A stretch of 64,000 bases of DNA from an uncultured virus (IMG/VR IMGVR_UViG_3300031555_002574) (Duplodnaviria > Heunggongvirae > Uroviricota > Caudoviricetes), in IMG/VR virus record IMGVR_UViG_3300031555_002574; one strand, given 5' to 3'. Below the pieces are notes generated by a model, which saw only the letters and a list, made by a program, of their open reading frames with translations, was not told the DNA's origin and did not search any database. Shown one piece after another: positions 18,827 through 29,370 of the stretch (the first letter of the stretch is position 1; each line of letters opens with the position of its first letter). The position numbers and the translations under genes were made by a program.

Positions 18827-19416
18827 TTATTCTTCATCTTTCTTTTTATTAATTACAAATAATCCTACACTTGCTGCTGCTACTGTTATTACTCCAACCA
18901 TCATACCAGCATCTCCTGTTTCTGGATCATCTATTTCTTCTTCTGGTGGTGTTACTGGTGAACTACTGGTTCATCACCTTTTGTAAGATTTTCAAATGTT
19001 ACTTCGACTTTAACTAATTTTCCTAAAGGACCAGAGAATCCTTCTCCTCCTCCTAAAACTTTACCAAAAACAAATTCTCCTTCTTCTCCTAATGTATTAC
19101 AATGATACAATTCTTCAAAATAATTCGTATGGTCTATCGAACCATTTTCATAATATGATTTAACACCTAATATTTTTATTTTGTCTTCTTTCCATTTTAC
19201 TACTATATCATACTCTCCGTTTTCTTTTTCTGTCATTTCAACTACTATAAGTCCACCTTGAAGCTCTACAACTCTCTTCCCTTCTTCAAATGCTGGATTT
19301 GATATTGTAGATGTAGACACTGCTGGTAATTCACTTTCTTCTGCTGCAAATGCGTTTCCGCCCATTCCAACTACTAATAAACCTGCTACTAATAAACTTT
19401 TAATTTTCTTATTCAT
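18827..19416 (-). pseudogene. secreted cell-wall-anchored protein with DPETG sorting signal, interrupted by a 1-nt frameshift
   Basis: Signal peptide MNKKIKSLLVAGLLVVGMGGNAFA. After a frameshift at about 18960 the other frame reads PVTPPEEEIDDPETGDAGMMVGVITVAAASVGLFVINKKKDEE*. Confidence 0.8.
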
Positions 19417-19492
19417 ATAAACCTCCCCTTTTAAATTATTTTTTTTACCACGTTGCTATTTTATTTACTAATTTGTTATACCATAAATAAAA

Positions 19493-19972
19493 TTATATAA
19501 ACTCGTAATTATTATCTATTATTTCTTCTATTTCAATCATTAGTTCATTCATTCTATCTAATATTAAAGTTATTTCTTCTTCTACTTTAGCTTTTTCTTG
19601 TTCATTTGAAGCTATTGTATATTTTATTCCTAATTCCATTAATTCGTCTAAGCAGTTATCTAATTCTATAGTCAGTTGTTGTGTTGGTTTAATTCTATTT
19701 TTTGTCATATAATCAAATAAATTAATTGCATCGTCCATTGTTAAATCTTCGTCATTTGTTATTGTGAATAATACATTATCTATCAATCTCATTATTGCGA
19801 AATATTCTTGTTCTAAAACAACAACATCAAGTTCTTGTTGAATATCTTCTTTTGATGGTTCAGGTTCATTATTTTGACACCCTGTTAACCCTAAACAACA
19901 TAAAGTTAAAATAAGGGCTAAACCTATAATTACTATGTTTTTTATCAATTTTCCAATTACCATCTTTTTCAT
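19493..19972 (-). CDS. putative lipoprotein
   Basis: Basic N-terminus, hydrophobic stretch and lipobox LTGC. Confidence 0.65.
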   Translation of the reverse strand: MKKMVIGKLIKNIVIIGLALILTLCCLGLTGCQNNEPEPSKEDIQQELDVVVLEQEYFAIMRLIDNVLFTITNDEDLTMDDAINLFDYMTKNRIKPTQQLTIELDNCLDELMELGIKYTIASNEQEKAKVEEEITLILDRMNELMIEIEEIIDNNYEFI

Positions 19973-20045
19973 TTATATCAACCCTCTTTCTATTCTAAAT
20001 ATTTGTTATACATGTTATAAAAAAAAAATAAGATGCTTATGCATC

Positions 20046-20666
20046 TTATTTCCAAGGCATTCCATACATGTCTTCATATATTTTATCATATTTATCTTCA
20101 TCCATAAGTATTTTTCTTGTTTCAGATAATATGATATCAGCATACTTTGTATTAAATCTTGCATAACCTTTAACACCATACTTATCTCTTAAATGATCTG
20201 TTACAGCATGATATAATTCTTCATCACTAAATTCTGGATTATGCTTTTTATTATATTTGTAACTTCTACTTATCATCGTATTAATATCATTTATTCTATC
20301 GGCATCTGAAACTATTTTACTATATATACTTGTATATTCTCCTTTATAACTTGCTCTGTGTTCTTCTACTGCTTTTGCTATTATTTCTATTTGTTCTTCT
20401 GTGAAATATTTTCTTAATTCTTTTTCTTTTCTTACTATTTCTCCTGATTTTATATGATGTGTTTTTCTATCATATGCTAATCCTAAATCATGCATTGCTG
20501 CCACTACTCTTACTATATTCATATCTAATTCTATGTTTTCATCTTTCATTATATTTGTTGCTATATATTCTGAATTACTTATTACCATTCTTGCATGTTC
20601 ATCATCATGTGCTCCATCAAATGATTTGTATTGTTCTATTACTCTTTCTATATAATTATTTAACAT
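20046..20666 (-). CDS. HD-domain phosphohydrolase
   Basis: AHDDEH, AAMHDLG, HH, EHRAS, DADR. Confidence 0.88.
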   Translation of the reverse strand: MLNNYIERVIEQYKSFDGAHDDEHARMVISNSEYIATNIMKDENIELDMNIVRVVAAMHDLGLAYDRKTHHIKSGEIVRKEKELRKYFTEEQIEIIAKAVEEHRASYKGEYTSIYSKIVSDADRINDINTMISRSYKYNKKHNPEFSDEELYHAVTDHLRDKYGVKGYARFNTKYADIILSETRKILMDEDKYDKIYEDMYGMPWK

Positions 20667-20738
20667 AATACTTCCTCCTTAAAATATTTTTACAGTATTT
20701 CAAGATTATAATATGGTCTTGAAATACTGTAAATTACA

Positions 20739-21458
20739 TTATTCATCTAAAGTCTTAGGTAAGAAGTAATCATTCATTACTAAGTCTGTCATTAACCCTG
20801 CACCTATAAAAAATACTGCTGCAGAGTTTAATGTTGTTTTATTCGATAATTTATCTGTTAAATCGTTCATTGCAACATAACCATCTCTAGCTATAGCTTT
20901 ATTCATTTCTGATTTCATAACCATATCGTCAGCTCTCATTGACATAAGTTCTTTTAACGCAACGTTAGCACCAACTGTAAGTAATGCTATAGTCTCCTGG
21001 TCTGAGTTTCTTGAGTTTTTATCATGACCACTAACCTGACCAGTTATCATATTTCTTTCACTTATATCAGTAGATAAACCTAGCTTTTTAAAGTTTATTT
21101 GTTGTAAACGTTTTATATTTAAATATCCAACTAAACATTCATGTTTTGTTATAATTGGATTATTAGGATCTTGACTTGCATATGGTAATACAACTCTTTC
21201 AAATAATGGTACATCTAAAAACTTAGCAGCTTTTTCTATGTTTTCTATTTGAACTGGGTTTTCATAATCTATCATCGTTGCTGTAAGATATGGATCATCT
21301 TGTTCAAATAATAATTTAAAATATTTATCAAATTCACCATCATCCATATTTTTAAATTTATTTCTATAATACTCTGTATTTCTACCAGTTGGATCAAATA
21401 AATCAAAGAAACCGTAAATTAAATTTTCCATTTCTTTTCTTTTCGCTTTATTCATCAT
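20739..21458 (-). CDS. second RNA polymerase beta C-terminal fragment (probably virion RNAP)
   Basis: LVGYLNIKRLQQ...RNMITGQVSG...RNSDQETIALL parallels RpoB VGYMYMLKL...VTQQPLGG...RFGEMEVWAL. Confidence 0.75.
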   Translation of the reverse strand: MMNKAKRKEMENLIYGFFDLFDPTGRNTEYYRNKFKNMDDGEFDKYFKLLFEQDDPYLTATMIDYENPVQIENIEKAAKFLDVPLFERVVLPYASQDPNNPIITKHECLVGYLNIKRLQQINFKKLGLSTDISERNMITGQVSGHDKNSRNSDQETIALLTVGANVALKELMSMRADDMVMKSEMNKAIARDGYVAMNDLTDKLSNKTTLNSAAVFFIGAGLMTDLVMNDYFLPKTLDE

Positions 21459-21470
21459 AATAAAACCTCC

Positions 21471-22676
21471 CTACGCTATTAATGAGTATCTTATATATAC
21501 TACAACATATAACATTAGTGCACGTTTACAATCGTTTTGTGTAGCTTTTCTAGTTACTCTTTTAGTTAATCCTGAACCATCTGCTATATTATCAATTATT
21601 TTTTTCATTTCATTTAAGTTCTTATCGTCTACTGATTGACCTTTATAATGTTTTTTCATAGTAGCTTCAAAATCAAAAGTTTTTAAATCTTCTATTTTCT
21701 TTTTATATTCAAATAAATAAATTTGAATTATAACTCTAACTAATCTTTCAAATTCTTTTTCATGGTCATCATAAACATAATTCAACATATTTCTAAGATT
21801 ATTAGTTGAACAACCTGGTTCTCTTGTACAAACTTGTTCTATTATTTTACCATTAGGATATGTTGTTAATATGAATTTATTCATTACCTTCTGTGTATTC
21901 TTTTCAACCATAAAAGATACATTATCTGATTCTATATATTCGTCTTCATTATCAATATCTTGGTCTACATTTAAATAATTTCCAGCATCTAGATCTACTT
22001 TAAATTCAGAATAGAAGTTTTTAAATAATGTGTCGTATCTACGGTGATTATCGTTTATCATATTACATAAAACCTCATCTGTAACTTTTCCAGTTATCTC
22101 TTTCTTTCTTTCTTCAAACCAGTTAGCTATAAATACATCAGTCTTTTTATTTATAGTTTCTTCTATGTTTTTATATTTCTTTAAGTCACTTTTATATGAT
22201 AATCTATTAATTGTATAGTTCATACAGTTTAACGCATTCTCTCCAGTTTTTCTAGGATTGAAATATTTAGACTTAACATTTTTATACATGTATATTGACC
22301 ATAATTGCATTACCGCTCTAAACATTTGCTCATTCTTTCTATTTTTAAAACATATAGCGACTAATAATAATGACATATACATAGGATTTTTTACAGTAAA
22401 CCAACTGTCTTTAGGTATATGTGGAGAAGTGTTTATTATATGCAATATTTCTTGCCCCGACATATTAATTGCTTCATAATATTTTTGCTCATCCTTATGA
22501 TGTACAAATAAACTCTTATACGGTACAGACATACTTAAAGCCTCGAAATTGACACTATTACCTTTAACATTACTGAAAAATTCTTGTATTTTTCGAACAT
22601 TCGCTGGACTACTAAGTGCCGTATTTATTTTGTTATACATATTATCGTATATATGAGTTGATTGTGGATCAGCCAT
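21471..22676 (-). CDS. hypothetical protein co-transcribed with the RNAP fragment
   Basis: 401 aa ORF with AAGGAG RBS and late-type promoter at 22714-22725. Confidence 0.65.
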   Translation of the reverse strand: MADPQSTHIYDNMYNKINTALSSPANVRKIQEFFSNVKGNSVNFEALSMSVPYKSLFVHHKDEQKYYEAINMSGQEILHIINTSPHIPKDSWFTVKNPMYMSLLLVAICFKNRKNEQMFRAVMQLWSIYMYKNVKSKYFNPRKTGENALNCMNYTINRLSYKSDLKKYKNIEETINKKTDVFIANWFEERKKEITGKVTDEVLCNMINDNHRRYDTLFKNFYSEFKVDLDAGNYLNVDQDIDNEDEYIESDNVSFMVEKNTQKVMNKFILTTYPNGKIIEQVCTREPGCSTNNLRNMLNYVYDDHEKEFERLVRVIIQIYLFEYKKKIEDLKTFDFEATMKKHYKGQSVDDKNLNEMKKIIDNIADGSGLTKRVTRKATQNDCKRALMLYVVVYIRYSLIA

Positions 22677-22756
22677 TTAAATCACTCCTTCATAAAAAAA
22701 ATCATGCTGTTCTTAGAGGATTGTTTCGGAACATAGAAAAAAAGATAACCTGAAGG

Positions 22757-23047
22757 TTATCTTTTATCTTCTTTTTCTTTATCCATCATTTTAGCTACAC
22801 TACCATGACATACTGCTTTACCACCATAATATATAGTTCCTACTACAGCTGTACCTGGAGTTATTGTACCAGCTATTCCTCCTACTACACAAGCCCCAGT
22901 TTTAACTGTATTTTTAACTGAAGATGCTTTACAAACTGTTTTAACAACATTCTTAGGTGTAACTTTCTCTTGAACTTTTTTCTTAGCATTACGAGCTGAA
23001 GCCTCCACTCTTGAATAAGCTATAGAAGATTTCATTTTATTTAACAT
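22757..23047 (-). CDS. small basic protein with Gly-rich hydrophobic segment
   Basis: 96 aa ORF with RBS and early-type promoter at 23091-23123. Confidence 0.6.
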   Translation of the reverse strand: MLNKMKSSIAYSRVEASARNAKKKVQEKVTPKNVVKTVCKASSVKNTVKTGACVVGGIAGTITPGTAVVGTIYYGGKAVCHGSVAKMMDKEKEDKR

Positions 23048-23160
23048 ATAAATACCTCCAAAATTATTATATTATTTTATTACTTCACTATTATAATATG
23101 GTTTTGAAATTCTAAGAATTACACATACGTAGAAAAAATAGATTAAGATACCGAAGTATC

Positions 23161-23847
23161 TTAATCTATTAAAACACAATTTTCGAACTCTACCACCTTG
23201 TTTATATCAGAATCATACCACACATATCCACCATCTCGTACTAGATATACTTTTTCTCTATGAAATTTTTTAAATTTATGCGTTGCATCTAATATATTTA
23301 TAGCCTGATCTACGTCTTCGTCATTATAATGGGGTATAAAAACGAAATTTTTAATCAATTTAATTCCCCTAAAACATTTATATTTAGGGTAATCCGGATC
23401 TTTATATACGAAAAATTTTCTACTCCAAAACATAGATCCTGCAGATTCCCCCACAACTATTTTACTTTGTTTAACTTCGTTTACTATTTTTAAATCTCTT
23501 ACAATTTTAACTATATTTTCAGGAAATCCTCCAGGATAATATATTATTGTATTATCATCAAGAAGTTTATGTTTTATAAGATTTATCGGATCATCAAAAT
23601 GATTTATAACTGATATTCTATCTGGATTTATTCCTATATCTATAAACGGTCTTACAGTTTTCCAAAATATCGATTCTTCATTAAAAGGATTCCTGTCATA
23701 ATGTTTGTACACGTCTTCGGCACATGAAAGATAATCGAAATGATGTGCAAATGGTAAAACTACTAATTTAGTTTCATTGTTAATAATATTTTTTAGATAT
23801 TTAATTGAGCTTATTCCACTTGATACACTTGTCATAAATAATTGCAT
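23161..23847 (-). CDS. peptidase S51 / type 1 glutamine amidotransferase-like protein
   Basis: YPGG, GESAGS nucleophile elbow, IPHY. Confidence 0.85.
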   Translation of the reverse strand: MQLFMTSVSSGISSIKYLKNIINNETKLVVLPFAHHFDYLSCAEDVYKHYDRNPFNEESIFWKTVRPFIDIGINPDRISVINHFDDPINLIKHKLLDDNTIIYYPGGFPENIVKIVRDLKIVNEVKQSKIVVGESAGSMFWSRKFFVYKDPDYPKYKCFRGIKLIKNFVFIPHYNDEDVDQAINILDATHKFKKFHREKVYLVRDGGYVWYDSDINKVVEFENCVLID

Positions 23848-23895
23848 AAGATCACTCCTTTATATATCTATAATATTTAACTGTTGACAACTTTA

Positions 23896-24354
23896 TTACT
23901 TTTTACCATGTTTTGCATTATATTTTTTAATTCCTTCTTCATCACGTTTATTATCTATGTCTTTGCTAGTTTTTAAAAGTACACCAAATAATATAAAGTA
24001 TACTAGTAACCAAATAGGTGCACCAGTTGCGCCTCCCATAGCTGCAGAGAATATCATTCCCACAGCTGATAAGTTTACTTTTTTATTAGCTTTTTTCCAT
24101 TCTTCAAAATCTTTTGCGTATTTTTTAGCTATTTTTTCTCTCTCTTTATCAGTCTTAGCACTTTTTATTTCATAACGAATATCTTCATTATTATATTTAT
24201 ATTCTAAATAATTTAAGAATCCATCTTTACACATTTTTACATGGTGTTTATCTTTTTCTTCTTTATGTGCTTCTAATATAACGCTGTCATATGCTTCATA
24301 AATTCTTTCCATACGTTCTTCTATATATTTTTTATAATCTTCCATTTCATTCAC
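23896..24354 (-). CDS. membrane protein (possibly virion-associated)
   Basis: C-terminal hydrophobic hairpin; late-type promoter at 24383-24394. Confidence 0.55.
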   Translation of the reverse strand: MNEMEDYKKYIEERMERIYEAYDSVILEAHKEEKDKHHVKMCKDGFLNYLEYKYNNEDIRYEIKSAKTDKEREKIAKKYAKDFEEWKKANKKVNLSAVGMIFSAAMGGATGAPIWLLVYFILFGVLLKTSKDIDNKRDEEGIKKYNAKHGKK

Positions 24355-24428
24355 TCCTTTAAAAAATTAGGTTTATTATAGTTATTTATTTGTTTCTTCA
24401 TCAAAAAAAGAATAGATACTCAAGGTAT

Positions 24429-26828
24429 CTATTCTACAACTAATTCTAATACAACATCTTTATTCTTCAATGTTACCATTTTCTTACATGGATGATGTCT
24501 TGTTAATTCTGGTATATCTTTTACTTTGTATTCATTTTCCGAGAATTGTGTATACACCATTACTTTATCACTAGCTTTCACTGATTTTATATTAACTATA
24601 ACTTCATTCTTTTCTAATCTACTTAATTGTAACGTAGCACTTTTTCTTTTCATTGTTTTAAATAACTTTAATTCACATTTTTTCATTTTACCTTTTGATG
24701 TTAATATAACCATATATTTATGATTTTTATTTATTATTGTAGTTCCTACAACTTCATCGTTACCTGCTAAATCTATCGTAGCTATTCCATAAGCTGCTCT
24801 ACCACATTCTCTTATATCATCTGTGCTTATTCTTATACCTCCACCTTCTCTTGTATATATAATTATATCTTTCTTACCATATAAAACATCAACTGAAACC
24901 AACTCATCATCATCTGCTAATTTGATAGCTGTTACAGTTCCTCTTATCTTTTGGAAATTATTATAACTTAATTTCTTACTTAAACCTTTCTTAGTTGTTA
25001 ATACTAAATAAACCTCTTCATCTTTTATCGTTTCAGGTGGTTTAGGGAATGATGTTAACACATTTCCTGCAACTGTTACCATTGTACTTATATCAACCCC
25101 ACCACTATCTACTGGTGTTGAACTTATATCATTCACATCTATATTACTCATATTACCACGTCTATCAAATACTAATATACTACTTCTATTATTTACTGGA
25201 AATAAATCTTTCCCTTTATCTCCCTCATCTAATGCACCTATACCATCTACGTTAGCATCTAATTTCTTTATTCTTCCATTCTTAGTTATAACTATCTTAT
25301 GATTTGAATCCGGTACAAACTTACTGTCACCGAACTCTACTATATCACTACTTCTAGGTTTACTAAATAATTCTATACCCTCTTTCAATTCATCTTTTAT
25401 TATATTATCTATTAATTTAGATGATTTTGTTATTACCAATAATTCATCTAATTCTTTATTTATCTCAGCAAGTTCTTCATTATATTTTCTATGAGATTCT
25501 TTATTAAATGCTGTTACATTCATCTTAGCTATGTTCTTAGCTTGTAAAGTTGATATACCAAAAGTTGATACTAATTTACTTTGGAACTCTACAGCGTCTT
25601 CTGATTGAGTTGCTAATTTGATTGTAGTTTGACCATTCTTAGCATTTGTTATAAATATAAGAACTTCTAAGATATGTTTTCTTTCCATCTTCTTAGTTAT
25701 CTTTTTATTTATCTGTCTTCTCTTAATATCTCTTCTAAAAGATATCCAATCTAATAATAATGTTCTTACTGTATAATGTCTTAATTTATAATCATCTACT
25801 AATGTTAAATCATAACTTGCTGTCATTACCATTGTAGTTTTCTTATATAATAAATCTAAGTTCTTATTTAAATCAGTTCCTGGTTTAAATAATATTTCTA
25901 TACTTAGTTTGCCTTCTTCAGATTTCTTTTTCTTACCTTTACTATTTCTTTTATCGTTCATATTATGAACATCTACAAATCCTATTAACTCACCGGATTT
26001 ACCCATCTCAACTATCTTTTCAGTTATAGATGATAAATCAGTTCCTTGAGGTACTGATAGAACTTCTATTTTATTTTGTTCATAATTTATATTAACTTTA
26101 GATTTCATTCTAAAGTTTCCTTTACCAGTTCTTCTTATTTCATCAAATTGCCCGTCATCTATTATCTCACAATTGTTAGGTATATCAGGATATATTATTT
26201 TATCATAATTAGGATTATCCATTAACTTTAATGTAAATTCAACTAATTCTTTAAAGTTATAGTTGGGGAATTGTGAATACATTCCATAACCTATAGCTTT
26301 TATTGATTTAGTTAATGCTACTGGATATCTTGCTGGTAAATATTCCGGTTCAAATACACCTTCTATATATCCTGCTTTCATATCTACTAAATCTTCACTA
26401 AAATCTTCAAAATAACACTTATACGCAAACTTACTTAATTTAGCTTCTAGATAACGATAAGCTGCTGCATCGTCTCCAACTTCATTACCATAAGAACCTG
26501 AACCATCTATAAACACACAAGCATTCTTCCAATATTGAGCTAATTTAACTGCTGTATTATATATGTTTACTTCCCCATGAGGATGATAAACCATTGTAGC
26601 ACCTATAGTTAAACCTAACTTCTTATAGTTTTGCCAAGGTACTGCTTTAACATCTTTAAACATTGCATATAATACACGTCGTTCACTTGGTAATAATCCA
26701 TCATTCATAAATGGAATATGTCTATAAACGTTCTTATTTGGAGCATATATACTAATAGCATCTTGTGCTTTATCTTTCAATTCCATTGTTGATATGTTTT
26801 CATTAAAATTGAAATCTTCCTTCTTCAT
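24429..26828 (-). CDS. gyrA: type IIA topoisomerase/DNA gyrase subunit A
   Basis: DGLLPSERR, YHPHGE, catalytic AAYRYLE and C-terminal beta-pinwheel repeats; the RBS favours ATG at 26828. Confidence 0.92.
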   Translation of the reverse strand: MKKEDFNFNENISTMELKDKAQDAISIYAPNKNVYRHIPFMNDGLLPSERRVLYAMFKDVKAVPWQNYKKLGLTIGATMVYHPHGEVNIYNTAVKLAQYWKNACVFIDGSGSYGNEVGDDAAAYRYLEAKLSKFAYKCYFEDFSEDLVDMKAGYIEGVFEPEYLPARYPVALTKSIKAIGYGMYSQFPNYNFKELVEFTLKLMDNPNYDKIIYPDIPNNCEIIDDGQFDEIRRTGKGNFRMKSKVNINYEQNKIEVLSVPQGTDLSSITEKIVEMGKSGELIGFVDVHNMNDKRNSKGKKKKSEEGKLSIEILFKPGTDLNKNLDLLYKKTTMVMTASYDLTLVDDYKLRHYTVRTLLLDWISFRRDIKRRQINKKITKKMERKHILEVLIFITNAKNGQTTIKLATQSEDAVEFQSKLVSTFGISTLQAKNIAKMNVTAFNKESHRKYNEELAEINKELDELLVITKSSKLIDNIIKDELKEGIELFSKPRSSDIVEFGDSKFVPDSNHKIVITKNGRIKKLDANVDGIGALDEGDKGKDLFPVNNRSSILVFDRRGNMSNIDVNDISSTPVDSGGVDISTMVTVAGNVLTSFPKPPETIKDEEVYLVLTTKKGLSKKLSYNNFQKIRGTVTAIKLADDDELVSVDVLYGKKDIIIYTREGGGIRISTDDIRECGRAAYGIATIDLAGNDEVVGTTIINKNHKYMVILTSKGKMKKCELKLFKTMKRKSATLQLSRLEKNEVIVNIKSVKASDKVMVYTQFSENEYKVKDIPELTRHHPCKKMVTLKNKDVVLELVVE

Positions 26829-26861
26829 CAAATCAACCTCCTTGAGGAGTGTTTCCACTCC

Positions 26862-29291
26862 TTAGTTATCTAACATATCTTTTCTAATTTCAAATGCTTC
26901 TGTCATTTCTCTTCTATTTTCTGAATTTGACTTTCCTTTTCCGTGCAATGTATCATACATTTTACAAGCTTCTCTTATATCACTCACTGTTAATTGTATT
27001 AAAGTTCTTTTCTCTGGATTCATTACGTTCATCCACATATCGTCACTACTTAATTCCCCTAATCCCTTATAACGTAATTCTATTCCTGGTTGTAACTTAT
27101 TTGTCAATTCTAAAAATTCACCTATACTTAATTTACCCCTAAACTCTTTACTTCCGTCTTTATATTTCTCTATTACCTTGTAATACATACTTGTATTTGC
27201 ATTCATAAGTTCTTTTAAATCTTCTGTCTTTTTATCAAATAAACTATCTATTGTAAATATCTGATAAGCTCCTTCGTATATCCCTTCAATTATTGTATTC
27301 ATCTTATTGTCTTTATCAGATTCAATTTTTATTTCTGGGAACTTCTTAGCCATGTTTTTCTTGAAGTTCTTTTCATCTTTATATTTTATAACATATTCTA
27401 TTAATGTTGGATTTGCACTATAATGATTACTACATCTAGTTAGTTCATCTAGATAATATTGATTTAACTTCATGAATTCTAAGAATTCTTTCTTACTTAA
27501 TTCTTTTCCTCCGTCTTCTTGTATTGTATATTTATCTATAACATTTCTGAAATAAACTACTTGATATTGTTCTTTATCTGTTACGAATGGAGTCTTTTTA
27601 TCTTTTATTTTATATAATGGAGGAACTGATAAATATAATCTTCCATCATATATTAAATCTGTCATATGTTTTAAGAAGAATCCACCTAATAATGAGAATA
27701 TAAAGAACCCATCGACATCGGCATCTGATGTTATTATTACTTTATCAAATCTACATTTACTCACGTCAAAATTATCACCTATGCCAGCATTAATTGCTCT
27801 TGTTAAATTCTTAAATGTTTCATTCTTTGTATATACATCGTTACTGCTCATTGTATATGCTTCCCCTGGAACACCTCTCATTGTATACATTGCTTGATAG
27901 TCTGCATCTCTTGCTTGTGTACCATTTGATTTAACTGACAACCCTTCAAATATAAATAATTCTCTATAATCTTTCTTACCTTTCTTATTTGCAGGGAAAT
28001 AATTTGGTATTGAATGTTCTGCCACTGCTCCTACTTCTCTTTTAATTACTGCCTGTTTTGCTTTTGTAGATTCATATCTAGCTTTAGCATTCGCTTTAAT
28101 TAAGTTTGTATATGATTTAAGTTCTTTAGGATTATTTTCAAAGAACACCGTTAATTGAGATCTTACTATATCTTTTAATGGCTTAATTATTTTATTATTT
28201 TCTATCTTCTCTTTCGTTTGACCTGTAAATCCAGGATCCATACTTGTACTTACTGTTAAAGCTAACACTAAAGAGTTTGTTATGTCATTATATAATATAT
28301 TGAACTTTTCTTTCTCTTTCTCTGTTAAGGTATCTCTTGTTTTTCTACTTAAATATTCACATATAGCTGTAACTACTGCATTTGTATGGTCACCTTCATC
28401 TACTGTATGAACGAAGTTACAGAATGATCTTGTTTGCATTTCTAACATTTCAACATTTAAAGCAAATGCGAATTCTAAATCAACATCCCTTGTTATAGTT
28501 CTATCTTCAACTTTACCTCCTGGTTTAACTATTCTAACATCTTCATCTATTTTTGTAGTTCCAATCCCTTTATAAACAGTTGTATGATTTTTAGGTGATA
28601 ATTCTAATATTAAATCTCCTATACCATTTTTACTTCTACTAAATTCATATCTTTTTATTTTACCTTTCTTTTCAATTTCTAGTTCTATATTTATATTTTT
28701 ATCTAAGAAATGTTTTATATTATTTAACCAAAATAATAAATCGTCACCTTTCATTTGACATTTACCCATATATTTTTCACTAGGTTTAAATGTTACTATC
28801 GTCCCATGTCTTTTCTTGTCTTTACAAGTTTTAACAGTCCCATCTTGTATTTGAACACCATCTTTAAATTCAACTACTGCATATTCACCTAATTTATAAA
28901 CTTCTAATTTAAAATAATCTGATAGAGCATTACAACATTTCATACCTGCCCCATTTTGTCCTGCAGATTTTTGATTAGAAGTTCTATTAAACTTTGTACT
29001 TGATTGTATTTTTGTACACGCATCTAACATTTTATCAAATGGTAATCCTCTACCATCATCTTCTGCTGAAAATGTATTTGTATCTTCATTTAAATATAAA
29101 TAAATATTCTCTCCTGGTGAGTTTATATTTAAGCACTCATCTATACAGTTATTAATACATTCTTTAGATAAATGTGTTGCACCTAATGAACCAACACGAG
29201 ATATATACATAAGAGGTGATGTTCTAATCTTATCTAAATCATTCTCCATGACCTGCATTTCTTCTTCTATAAACTTTTTATTCTTAGCCAT
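26862..29291 (-). CDS. gyrB: type IIA topoisomerase/DNA gyrase subunit B
   Basis: ECINNCIDE, DDGRGLP, GQNGAG, EGLS, DADVDG, PPLY, RYKGLGE. Confidence 0.94.
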   Translation of the reverse strand: MAKNKKFIEEEMQVMENDLDKIRTSPLMYISRVGSLGATHLSKECINNCIDECLNINSPGENIYLYLNEDTNTFSAEDDGRGLPFDKMLDACTKIQSSTKFNRTSNQKSAGQNGAGMKCCNALSDYFKLEVYKLGEYAVVEFKDGVQIQDGTVKTCKDKKRHGTIVTFKPSEKYMGKCQMKGDDLLFWLNNIKHFLDKNINIELEIEKKGKIKRYEFSRSKNGIGDLILELSPKNHTTVYKGIGTTKIDEDVRIVKPGGKVEDRTITRDVDLEFAFALNVEMLEMQTRSFCNFVHTVDEGDHTNAVVTAICEYLSRKTRDTLTEKEKEKFNILYNDITNSLVLALTVSTSMDPGFTGQTKEKIENNKIIKPLKDIVRSQLTVFFENNPKELKSYTNLIKANAKARYESTKAKQAVIKREVGAVAEHSIPNYFPANKKGKKDYRELFIFEGLSVKSNGTQARDADYQAMYTMRGVPGEAYTMSSNDVYTKNETFKNLTRAINAGIGDNFDVSKCRFDKVIITSDADVDGFFIFSLLGGFFLKHMTDLIYDGRLYLSVPPLYKIKDKKTPFVTDKEQYQVVYFRNVIDKYTIQEDGGKELSKKEFLEFMKLNQYYLDELTRCSNHYSANPTLIEYVIKYKDEKNFKKNMAKKFPEIKIESDKDNKMNTIIEGIYEGAYQIFTIDSLFDKKTEDLKELMNANTSMYYKVIEKYKDGSKEFRGKLSIGEFLELTNKLQPGIELRYKGLGELSSDDMWMNVMNPEKRTLIQLTVSDIREACKMYDTLHGKGKSNSENRREMTEAFEIRKDMLDN

Positions 29292-29370
29292 AATTTACCT
29301 CCTATTTAACATGGTATTTACATTTATTTGTTTATATGAATATAAAGATTAATACAGAGTAACCCCTGTA

